Assembly (NCBI RefSeq): GCF_006345805.1
Contig: NC_043015.1
Coordinates: 46,004,001-46,068,000, forward strand
DNA: 64,000 nucleotides
Direction: 5' to 3'
Source of the DNA: Octopus sinensis
Lineage: Eukaryota
Made by a program: the position numbers and the translations under genes. The notes beneath the pieces are model-generated. The model saw only the letters and a program-made list of their open reading frames with translations, did no database searches and was not told the origin of the DNA. Position 1 is the stretch's first letter. Each line of letters starts with the position of its first letter. Below are positions 38,817 through 49,999 of this stretch, piece after piece.

Positions 38817-39233
38817 GGATCTTTTCGGTTTGAACGGCGGTTTTTTCTAGCGGTGTCATATGAAATTGTCACCCATAATTATGACCCTAGTATCGATCTA
38901 TTGCATTTCAATCTGTTTTAGGGTTAGGGTTAGGGGTGTGGAGAAGGGTATCTTTTTTTCTTCACAAATGTAAATAAACCCAATCTGTTTCTTAAACGAG
39001 GGACATATTCATACAGCACAGAATGTTGTTTACCTCAATGGACGTCATTGATTGGTTGAAATTGCAAGAAATTGAAGAAAAAAACAATAAATATCTTACA
39101 AACCATAGAATTTTCTCAATAAAGCCAAGAGAAAAAGATGTTTTATAAATACATTCTACCAGTATACGAAGTTTAAGAGTATTTAGTTACCTAGAAATTA
39201 TGTTAAAAACTGCTGTTCAAACCGAAAAGGTCC
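38817..39233. mobile_element. Mutator-like MITE with internal (TTAGGG)3
   Basis: Same TIR family; TAAAATAT duplicated at the flanks. Confidence 0.85.
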
Positions 39234-40119
39234 TAAAATATAATCTGCGGAAACGCGTGATTTTTTTTTTCAAGAAATTTTTGTGTTCTTCAGCTCCCAC
39301 GCTGAGAAACAATTTCTACGAGCTGGCAGAATTGCTAGAGCGTCGAACAAAATACCAATTAGCATCTGTACCGTCTCTTTGCGTCTTGAGTTCAAATTCT
39401 GCCGAGATCAACTTCGATCCTTTGGGAAGAATGAAATAAAGTGCTGTATTCAAAGGCAAACAAGAGCCGTCTTCTCTCTTTATTTTTTCAAAATACGTCT
39501 CAAAAAAATCACCATATGCGATGTCAGGACCATATTACTACATGCTTAATACACTAAAAACTTAAAATAGGAGTGCATCAAATATGCCCGTGTATTCCTT
39601 ATGCCATCATATGCGGTGCCAGTCAAGTGAAGCGATCAATGTAATCGATTAGCTCCCTGGCCTCAAAATTCCTTCTCTGTTCCAAGATTGGAAACCATTA
39701 CTGTCGTTGTGGACCATAGGCTAGCGTAATCCGCAGAGTCGGTCAAAGTGCTGTAAAGGGAACTGGTTGATTCTTTACACCTTTTTGGGTGCAACACAAT
39801 TTTCCTTTCTTTTTGTTTCTAGAAACTACCAGTCTGGAACAAAAACGCAACTTTAAAATTATATATGATTCTTTATTCTCTTATTTACAAATGAAGCACG
39901 TTGGTATATTGGTATCCACTTGGTTCAATATAGCAAGGCTGAATTTTAACATTTGTAAGATTCTTACAAACAAATTCAGCAGCAACAGAGCAGGTCAGAT
40001 CTCAAGCGTCTGGAACAGGAGAATGGCTAAATCACACATTTAAAAATACGTCCTTTCTCTTCAATAGCCGTGTCTCAAGTCAACGACGCTAACAAGGAAC
40101 GCGATAGAATTTTCTTCCC

Positions 40120-40243
40120 CAGTCTCTAGCGCATGTGCATGAGGGAACTTCCGTTGGCCTTTCCAGAAGGTTCCAGCCCCGCACACGCACACTGAAGAAT
40201 GACGTTGCGTGTGCGCACACTGGAAAATGACGTCACTACAGTG
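40120..40243. promoter_or_regulatory. second CpG-rich element with CRE, ETS-like and NRF1-like motifs
   Basis: TGACGTCA at 40228-40235, ACTTCCG, GCGCATGTGC, TGCGTGTGCGCA. Confidence 0.45.
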
Positions 40244-40244
40244 C

Positions 40245-40800
40245 TTTACTCTTCTATCCGACGCTCAACCGATTTTGTCATCAATTTTTTTTCTTAAAAA
40301 ACAGAAAATTACGAGCGCAAAGTTAGCCCCGTTGGAATATAAACACACAGTAAAAAGAACAATTTAAATAATGACGTAGCGTTTCTGCTGATTCGCAATC
40401 CGTAGCAATAGTAATCCTTCTACTACAGTCACAATAGCAACATATGGATGCGAGACCTGGACACTAAAGAAAGCTGACCAGAAGAGATTTAATGCATTCG
40501 AGCTTTGGTGTTGGAGAAGACTTTTACTCTTCTATCCGACGCTCAACCGATTTTGTCATCAATTTTTTTTCTTAAAAAACAGAAAATTACGAGCGCAAAG
40601 TTAGCCCCGTTGGAATATAAACACACAGTAAAAAGAACAATTTAAATAATGACGTAGCGTTTCTGCTGATTCGCAATCCGTAGCAATAGTAATCCTTCTA
40701 CTACAGTCACAATAGCAACATATGGATGCGAGACCTGGACACTAAAGAAAGCTGACCAGAAGAGATTTAATGCATTCGAGCTTTGGTGTTGGACTTTTAC
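40245..40800 (+). repeat. 278-bp tandem duplication spanning the 5' junction of the RTE fragment
   Basis: 40245-40522 is repeated from 40523; TTTAC microhomology at the junctions. Confidence 0.9.
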
Positions 40801-41140
40801 GGATTCCATGGACAGCGAGGCTCACCAATGGAGAAGTTCTTATGCAGATCAGGCCGAAACTGTCGCTAGAAGCTAGGATCACCAAGCATAGATTGGCATA
40901 TTTTGGTCATATTATGCGGAGAAAATCCCCGGAGAAGGACATCATGCTCAGAATGATCAGTAGCGAGAGAGGAAGAGGCCGACCAAGAACCCTGCTAGCT
41001 TGACACCATCAAGAGTGATACGGGAATGGCCATAGCCAATCTGAAAGAAGCGGCCCAGGATAGAACTGGCTGGAGGACACTGATCCATCGAGTAACCGAG
41101 AGTCGACTTCGACTGAGCGGATAGATAGATAGATAGATAG
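40430..41140 (+). mobile_element. RTE (BovB-like) LINE 3' fragment, frameshifted, with (GATA)n tail
   Basis: Translates to YGCETWTL..AFELWCWRRLLRIPWT..RLAYFGHIMRR..RGRGRP..DRTGWR, typical of the RTE ORF C-terminus. Confidence 0.9.
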
Positions 41141-41416
41141 TCACAAGACCTAGAATTTTCAGGGAAGTGGAGGTGGGTGTACTAGTCAATTAATATCGAC
41201 TCTAGTGCTCAACTGGTACTTATATATTTTATCGACCATGAAAGGATAAAAGGCAAAGTCAACCTCGACGGAATTTTAACTCAGAACATAAACCCGGATT
41301 AAATTTTGCGGTACATTTTGTCTAGCGTGCTTCTTCCAGCACTGGAACATCGCCTTGAGGAATTTTCGTCGAACTTATTCCCGCTGAGCGCTCTGTACCA
41401 TTAAGCTAAGACTCAC

Positions 41417-41790
41417 CTGACATTTATTTCTCTCAGAAGAGGTAAAAGTTAAGTCAAATTGTAGTGTGTGCGCGATTTGAATACAGAGGCACCTACCTTC
41501 TCTTCTTAGTGACGGAGACCCTCCAGTGATGACGTCCTCACACGTCTTGTCCCCTGCACGACCCACGTTGGAAAAGGCGCAATTTCCGCTCCCTGCGCAC
41601 GCCTGACGGCTGACCCCTTCCGTTTGCCCCAGCTTCCGGTCAACGCACCCGGCTGCTGACGTCATCCCACACAAATACAGCAGAGTGAGTTGATTGGGCG
41701 CTGACGATCTGGCGTGACTGGCTGGCTGACTGGACATTCAGCCAGTTTTGGCACTGGAATCAAATACGCACACGCGCGCAGAAATATACA
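41417..41790. promoter_or_regulatory. CpG-rich promoter/enhancer-like island
   Basis: Full CRE TGACGTCA at 41657-41664, further TGACG half-sites, ETS-like CTTCCGG, inverted CCAAT; perfect minus-strand donor CAG|GTGAGT at 41411-41419. Confidence 0.6.
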
Positions 41791-42065
41791 GATAGAGAGA
41801 ATTTAGAGAGGGTGAGGTAGAAGAGAGAGAGTTATTACAATTCATTAATTACTCTTTTTACTCTTTAACTTGTTTCAGTCATTTGACTGCGGTCATGCTG
41901 AAGCACCACCTTTAATCGAGCAACTCGACCCCGGGACTTATTCTTTTGTAAGCCCAGTACTTATTCTATCGGTCTCTTTTGCCGAACCGCTAAGTAACGG
42001 GGGGACACCAGCATCGGTTGTCAAGCAATGCTAGGGGGACAAACACAGACACACAAACATACACA

Positions 42066-42115
<50 letters not shown>

Positions 42116-42934
42116 TATAGGACGGGCTTCTTTCAGTTTCCCTCTACCAAATCCACTCACAAGGCTTTGGTCGACCCGAGGCTATAGTAGAAGACACTTG
42201 CCCAAGGTGGGGGATGCGCAGTGGGACTGAACCCGGAACCATGTGGTTGGTAAACAAGCTACTTACCACACAGCCACTCCTGTGCCTATTGAGTACGATT
42301 GGAAAACATTTTGCTTCTCTTACACATAGAGCTAAATATACACACATAAACAGACCGAGATGGAGAGACAGACAGACAGACAGAAACAGAGAGAGATTGA
42401 GGCAGAGATAAAGAGAAAGTGGGGAGAACGGGAAAATATAAAAAAAGGTCTGATGTCAAATAAGTCAGCGTCGACTCACTGATGCCGAATAGACAACTCC
42501 ACAACAGCTACGCCAAAACGTTTTCTATCCCAAATGCAGAGAAGATTTGAACTCAGAAACGAGCGTAAAATAACGTAACTAAATATTCTGAACCATTTTG
42601 CAGCCTGACGAAAGTAATCGGTTCTTTTAACATATGCGAAGTAGATTAATTTTGTTCCAAGATTGCAGAAGCTGAACACGGTGGCCTGTGAGCAGAGTAA
42701 TTAATAGATAGATATATATTCTAGCAGTTCTCGTGAATTAAATATACGTTCAGTGGAATAAATTAGAAATTAAGTGGACTGAAAATAAATCGGGGTGGTG
42801 GTGGTGGTGGAGGGTGGGGGTTGTGGGTGGGTGAGAAGAAAGAAAGAAAAGAAGAAGAAATTCTAACGGAATTCCAGTGCAGGAAATTTGATAGTGAGAG
42901 AGAGTAAAGTTTTTTGCAACGTACTCAAATATTG

Positions 42935-43332
42935 AAGAAGAAGAAGTAGAAGAAGAGGAAGGAGGAGGAGGAGGAGTAGGAGCAGGAGGGAAGAGGCAGA
43001 GGGAGGAGGAGAATGCAGGAAAGAGGAGACGGAAGAAGAGGAGGGGGAGGGGGAACGAGAGGAGAATTGGGAGGAAGAGAAGAAGGGGAGGAGGAGAGGA
43101 AGAAGAAGGAGGAAGAGGAGAAGAAGGAGGAGGAAGAGAAGGAGAAGAAGAAGGAGGAGGAGGAGGAAGAGGCAGAGGGAGGAGGAGAATGCAGGAAAAA
43201 GGCGATGGAAGAAGAGGAGGGGGAGGGGAAGGAGGGGCGAATTGGGAGGAAGAGGAAGAGAAGAAGGGGAGGGGGAGGAGGAGACAGAAGCGGAAGGAGG
43301 AGAATGCAGAAGAGGGGGAGGAAGAAGAAGAA
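42935..43332. repeat. polypurine (GAA/GGA) tract; a similar tract lies at 51865-52120
   Basis: Direct inspection. Confidence 0.95.
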
Positions 43333-43645
43333 AAAATGTTTAGCCCCCAGAGTAACATTGACTAAATAAATCTATGATCTGACGCTCCAACCGTGACCAA
43401 CCGGTATTTTAATGTATACTACTGTTATTTTTTAAGACTGTAGGGTTTGATTTGAATGCTATTTCTAGCATAACGAGTGAGGTTGTCTAAGAAATCAATC
43501 CTGTCCGGTCATGGAACCAGACAGGATTAGATAGATGTTGGTCAGTTATCAAAACGTAACGATGGTTTTGTTTAGCCCCAGGTCAGCCTGGACTGAGTAA
43601 AAAAAGTATTCAAGCTACATACATACACACATACATACATACATT

Positions 43646-43912
43646 CTACTCAGCGGATGTTAACATAAAGCTGAAGATCAGCGAAAAAGAGAATACCTAC
43701 GCTGAACTATTGAGAAACCTGCAGTTACTCTGTCCAGATTACAAGTTGAGGTTTATACCTGTAATTATTGGGGATATGTAACACACTGCTTGTCTTGAAG
43801 AATTAGGCTTCTCAAAACCGAAAAGGAGAAAGCTGATTCAAAGACTACAGATACAAGCTACCATTGGAACTGTAAAAATCTGTAACATTTTCCAGAAGTT
43901 TATCATTAAAGT
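43646..43912 (+). mobile_element. R4/Dong-like non-LTR retrotransposon 3' fragment inside (TACA)n
   Basis: Reads ..ISEKENTYAELLRNLQLL..RFIPVIIG..GTVKICNIF, resembling a restriction-like endonuclease C-terminus; TACA repeats on both sides. Confidence 0.7.
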
Positions 43913-44064
43913 ATATATGAGCATATCTAGATATGCAACACATACATACATACATGCATGCATACATACATATATACATACGTACATACATATATACATA
44001 CATACGTACATGCATACATACATACATGCAAACATACATAAATACATTCATACACACATACATA

Positions 44065-44325
44065 CATTATTATGGCTGCCCCCTCGTTATTGAGTATGGC
44101 CATTGCACGAAGCTTAATTGTTACTGGTGCTGTGATCGAATGTGACTTTTTAGCCCAGCTAAAGATCTACAATGTCTTGTACAGAATTGGCAACGAAAAC
44201 CTTTACTGGTAATAGCCGGCTGTAGTTGTAACTGGGCTTCATGTACCTTTGCATGTCGTTTAAGTCCTCCTGCCGAATTACACTCTCTTCCACATGCCCG
44301 ACAGATATGATTAGTATGGTGTGTT
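44065..44325 (-). mobile_element. LINE 3' end with two C2H2 zinc fingers (probably RTE-group ORF2 C-terminus)
   Basis: CRACGRECNSAGGLKRHAKVH and CQFCTRHCRSLAGLKSHIRSQH*, then a short UTR and simple-repeat tail; no TGEKP linkers or splice sites. Confidence 0.7.
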
Positions 44326-44578
44326 ACACAAGCATGCATGCATACATACATACATACCCTGTTGTTGATGTTGAAATTCCGCTGAAGCGGCCTTGGATCT
44401 ACGTTAGAAACCGGCTCTTTCTCTATTGGCAAGAAATCTTGAAATAAAACCGAATAAAGACATACATTCATAACACCTGTCTGGAGTAAAGTATGGCTGA
44501 ACTTGGAATCTTTGGGGAGGGAATGAAAATCCTTAATTCATAAGCTACAAATGATCTAGATATAAGAATTAAATAGAA

Positions 44579-44974
44579 CTAGCAGTATCGCCCGGCGTTG
44601 CTCGGGTTTTTCTTTTCGACCCTTTAGAATAGGAATTTTTGAAAAGTAAAAAGTTTGCATTATGTAGCTTGTTATTCTCTTTAAGTGAACATTTTTCTGG
44701 TTGAAATACACCGAAAAATGGCAACACAGCAGTCAAAAAATCTTAAAAAATAGGGATTTTCATAGAAAAAAAAGCACCTTTTTGATGTAAATAATTTTTG
44801 GTCTTAACATGGTCCGATTTGAATTTTATCTTCTACGGAAGGAAGAGCAAGCCTTCTTCTATCATACTCTCAATTTTGGTCAACTTGCGCCGCAGGGTCT
44901 CGGAGGAGATAGTGTTAGTTGAAGGCTACCAAACCAGCCATACACAGACAACTTCAGCTTTATACATAGAAAGA
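44579..44974 (-). mobile_element. non-autonomous Helitron with the same 3' end and a different interior
   Basis: Identical CTAGCAGTATCGCCCGGCGTTGCTCGGGTTT terminus; similar 5' end. Confidence 0.75.
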
Positions 44975-47310
44975 TAAAGAAAATTATCGAAGGCGTTTCA
45001 CTGCCTCGCTTTCTTCTTACAATGTTGTACTTCTCCCCTATAACAATTCCGTTATTCAGCCTTACCACAACAATTGTTTGTCAGCAAAACGAAAATGTCC
45101 AACGAACGAACCCTTTAGTAAACAAATCCTGAGTAACATATGGTTTTCTTTTAGATTTCTTTATAACAAAAACGGATTAAATATGGAAACGCCTTTCATT
45201 GCTCTCGGAATATCAGAACGATATACACAACTAACGGCTTAAGTTTCAAGCCTCCAGTTGACATTGTTCCTCACAAATCTTCTCTCTTTACTCTTTTACT
45301 TGTTTCAGTCATTTGACTGCGGCCATGCTGGAGCACCGCCTTTAGTCGAGGAAATCGACTCCCAGGACTTTTTCTTTGTAAGCCTTAATACTTATTCTAT
45401 CGGTCTCTTTTGCTGAACCGCTAAGTTACGGGAACGTAAACACACCAGCATCGGTTGTCAAGCGATGTTGGGGGTACAAACACATCTATACAGTATATAC
45501 ATATATACGACGGGTTTCTTTCAGTTTTCGTCTACCAAATCCACTCACAAGGCTTTGGTCGGCCCGAGGCTATAGTAGAAGACACTTGCTCAAGGTGCCA
45601 CGCAGTGGGACTGAACCCGGAACCATGTGGTTGGTAAACAAGCTACTTACCACACAGCCACTCCTGCACCTATTCTTTTTTTTTTTACTTCCCACCTTTT
45701 CTCAGAAGAAATTTTAGAAAGCAAGCGCTTCCAAAGTAATCCACATTCATCTACATCAATGCTACTCGAAGTGGTGGTTCGCGAGCCATCAGCTGCCGGT
45801 ACGCAGCAAGTTTCCAGAAAAGAAAGAAACATTATAAAATGCTTATAAAATATGGTATTACTTGTTTACAAAATAAATACAACTTAAAAAATGTTGCCAG
45901 CTTTTGTTAAACTCATTCTTTTCTATTCTAGGCACAAGGCCTGACATTTGGGGGCAGGGGGCTAGTCGAAGAGACAGACGTAACTGGTACTTAATTTATC
46001 GATCCTGAAAGGATGAAAAGCAAAGTCGACCTTGGCGGAAATTGAACTCAGAATGTAAAGACAGAGGAAATACTGCTAAGCATTTCACCCGGCGTGCTAA
46101 CTTTTCTTATTTCTTTACTACCCACAAGGGGCTAAACACAGAGGGGACAAACAAGGACAGACAAACGGATTAAGTTGATTACATCGACCCAGTGCGTAAC
46201 TGCCAAGCACTGAGGTTGATGTAATCGACTAGCCCTTACTCTCTTTTTACTTCTTTCAGTCATTTGATTGTGGCCATGCTGGAGCACCTCTTTCAGTTTC
46301 TGTCTGCGAAATACACTCACAGTCTGAGGGAAAAAGCAGTTCTTTTCAACAGAGAAATAGTTAAATTTGACAAGTTAGTATGGCTACTACTAAATATGTG
46401 TTATCATAGCTTGATACTGTATGGACTGGTTCCTCACTGACAGGCCTTTGATATTAAATATCTACTGTATGCAAATTACTAACTCTAGCTCTCTGATAGC
46501 TACTGGATTTGATGTGTAAATAAATGGACTGGCAACTTGTTTCCTCTGGAATTGGTCAAGTGATGCATATACCTCTGATGATGAGATCCTGAAAAGGGCC
46601 AAAAATCGATTGAGCTTGTCCATCATTTTTTCTGTTCATTCTACAGAGAAATAGGCAAATTAGACATAAATTGTAGTCTACTTTGTAGGTATCATACACA
46701 CACACACACACATATGTCTGTATATATATATATAGGCTGGCAACGGCCACAATCAGATGGCACGTAAAAAGCACCATCCGATCGTGGCCGTTTGCCAGCC
46801 TCGTCTGGCACCTGTACCGGTGGCACATAAAAAGCACCCACTACACTCTCGGAGTGGTTGGCGTTAGGAAGGGCATCCAGCTGTAGAAACACTGCCAGAT
46901 CAGACTGGAGCCTGGTGCAGCCTCCTGGCTTCCCAGACCCCAGTTGAACCATCCAACCCATGCTAGCATGAAAAACGGACGTTAAACAGTGATGATGATG
47001 ACGATGATGAAATATATATAATATACATATAAAAGAGATGACCTGTAAGTGGACATCCATTATGCTAGAAGATCCGTTATAGCCTAACCACTAAGAAAGG
47101 AACGTTCTCAAGAAAATTTAGCAAAACGCAGAACGTTCTTCTAGCATAATAGATGTCCACTTTACAGGTCATCCCTTTTATACATGTATGTAATATAATT
47201 TTTCTAAAACTTCAGATTTTTATATATGCTAGACCACTGGTTTTAAATTGATATTAATCAAGTTAATATTCAATTTTTCACCGTTATTATTTTAAATATA
47301 TATATATATA

Positions 47311-47422
47311 CTGTTGTGTCTGGGGAGAGTCATTCTCTTTTAGTGCCTTATCATTTAACACACTCACCGTACCGTTAAATAATAAGGCACTAAAAGAGAA
47401 TGACTCTCCCCAGACACAACAG
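47311..47422. repeat. perfect 41-bp inverted repeat (fold-back element)
   Basis: 47311-47351 is the exact reverse complement of 47382-47422. Confidence 0.95.
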
Positions 47423-47673
47423 GATATGCTTCAACACACGAACTCATATAAAGAATCTTGCAAACCAAATCCAAAAACCAAATATATATATATATATATT
47501 TATATACATACAAAAGTGTTTCTTTCAGTTCCGTCTACCAAATCCACTCACGAGGATTTGGTTGGTCTGAGGCTATAGTAGAACACACTTGCCCATGGTA
47601 CCACGCAGTGGGACTGAACCCGGAACCATATGGCTATGAAGCAAGCCTTTTACCACATACCCACACCTGTGCC

Positions 47674-47706
<33 letters not shown>

Positions 47707-48063
47707 ATAATAATATATTGTTGTATTTAGGAATGGTCATTTTGCCAGTTTAGCCAATAAAATCACACGCACTATATATTTGGTGTTACTTTGCTTCAGT
47801 GTTATTTATTTTTTACATTAATCTTAATCTTATTTCGGCCAGAGTTCTTTTGTCACACTCCTGTGACCGCATCAGTGGTCCTTTGTTTTCTTCTTTCTTA
47901 TTTGGTTGGTCTGAGGCTAAACTGGCAAAATTACCATTCCGAAATATAACAATATCTGTTTCAACACACGACTTTACATAAAAAAATCTTGCACAACAAA
48001 TATATAAATGTACTAAATAATAATAATATAATAATAATATATATATATATATATATATGTATG

Positions 48064-48346
48064 TGGAGGCGCAATGGCCCAGTGGTTAGAGCAGCGGACT
48101 CGCGGTTTCGATTCCCAGACCAGGCGTTATGAGTGTTTATTGAGCGAAAACACCTAAAAGCTCCAAGACGCTCCGGCAGGGGGTGGTGATCCCTGCTCTA
48201 CTATTTCACCACACTTTCTTTCACTCTTTCTTCTGTTGGCCTGCTCGCTTAGCCAGCGGGGTGGCGTCATTTGAAGGCTAAAACAATGCGAACGCATTGT
48301 AACCAGTGATGTGTAACAACATCTGATGGTCTGGTCGGTCACGTGT
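48064..48346 (+). mobile_element. SINE family C (tRNA-like head)
   Basis: GGAGGCGCAATGGCCCAGTGGTTAGAGCAGCGGACTCG..TCGATTCCC; related minus-strand copies at 37283-37558, 57327-57507 and 59330-59640. Confidence 0.8.
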
Positions 48347-48347
48347 G

Positions 48348-48390
<43 letters not shown>

Positions 48391-48477
48391 TATATGACCA
48401 AACGTAAAATATTTCTCACAATGAAACGTCTTTAAGAAGTGGTCTTAGTCACAAATCGTCTTCCACCGTATGTGTAT

Positions 48478-48513
<36 letters not shown>

Positions 48514-49334
48514 TATTAAAAACAGAAAAAAGAAAAAAAGACAATGAATGGAGAACAGAGAAATAAGTACATTGGATTTATTGAGTCTTCTTTTTCTCAC
48601 TTTGATTGATAGAGTCTTTATTTGTATTTTCTCTTTGTTGAAGAACAGCTGAAATAGTGGAGTTGATGATTGGTGATGGTGATGGCTTATATGAATCATG
48701 ATGATGAGTTTCTGAATAACAATAATAAGAGATGATGATGGTGGCGGCGGCGGTGATGGTGATGATGACGACGACGATGATGATAACGATGATGATGATG
48801 GTGGTGGTGATGATGATGCGGTAATGATAAATGGTTGATAAGACGATGAAGCAAAATAATAATAATAATAATAATAAAGCTAAAATTTTTTATGGTTACT
48901 CTCCAACACCCCCACCCTCCCTCCTACAACTGTAAAAAAAAACCAAAAAAAAAAAACAGAAACAAAAAAAAGAACAAAAATAAAAAAAAATAGGAAACAA
49001 ACGTAAACAATAATTAAGAGTGAGACAGACTGGATAGAGATTGATAGACAGATAAGTAAAAGCAACTTTGACACATACACAACGCGTATGCATGCGTGAA
49101 TGTGTGTGTGTGTGTGTGTACGCAAATGGGAGGAATAGTACTCAATGCGCCGTGGAAGAGCTTATTTATTCACAGCTGATGGTTTCACCTTTGTGACTAC
49201 TCTGAGTTTCAGATCATACTTTTCATGCATCCATTCATTCTCTCTGTCGATCAGACGAATGCCACAAGGGTGGAAAATGGAGAACAGCCACAGAGCGAAC
49301 CACCAGCTTCAAAAGAACATACATGGACATGTCA

Positions 49335-49703
49335 ATATATATATATATATATACATATACACATATACATACATATATATATATACATACATATACATAC
49401 ATATATATATACATACATATATACATACATATATACACCTATACATACATACATATATACATACATATACACATACATATATACATACATACATATATAC
49501 ATACATACATATATATATACATACATACATATAAACATACATACATATATATATATACATACATATATATATACATACATATATATATACACACACACAT
49601 ATATATATACATACATATATATATACATACATATAATATATACATACATATAATATATACATACATATATTATACATACATATATATATACATACATACA
49701 TAT

Positions 49704-49744
<41 letters not shown>

Positions 49745-49771
49745 TATATATATATATACATATATATATAT
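49335..49771. repeat. (TA)/(TACA) compound microsatellite
   Basis: Direct inspection. Confidence 0.95.
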
Positions 49772-49968
49772 CCATCATTTGGCAAGGTACGTGTGAGTTG
49801 AGAGAAGATTGGTTGCTATTCCTAGCAGGTCAAGTAACCACACCAAGACTCCTGGGTAGCAGTAGTATATACTGTTGTAATTAGTTGTAATTAGAGTTAT
49901 TTCTAAGTAGGGTCTTGTCACAACACTGGTTCTTACACAGGACTCTGTGTGTGTGTGTGTGTGTTGTG

Positions 49969-49999
<31 letters not shown>

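Noticed and set aside
41375-41737. 120-aa minus-strand ORF
   Set aside because: It overlaps a GC-rich motif-dense island where stops are rare; no recognisable domain.
42750-43369. Pro/Ser-rich or Glu/Arg-rich ORFs, also 51739-52470
   Set aside because: Polypurine tracts lacking stops by composition; no splice signals or domain.
44121-44471. Host C2H2 zinc-finger gene
   Set aside because: No linkers or splice sites, flanked by microsatellite, and shaped like a LINE 3' end; reported as a mobile element instead.
48064-48125. tRNA genes at SINE heads
   Set aside because: A/B-box-like motifs continue into SINE bodies without a complete cloverleaf.
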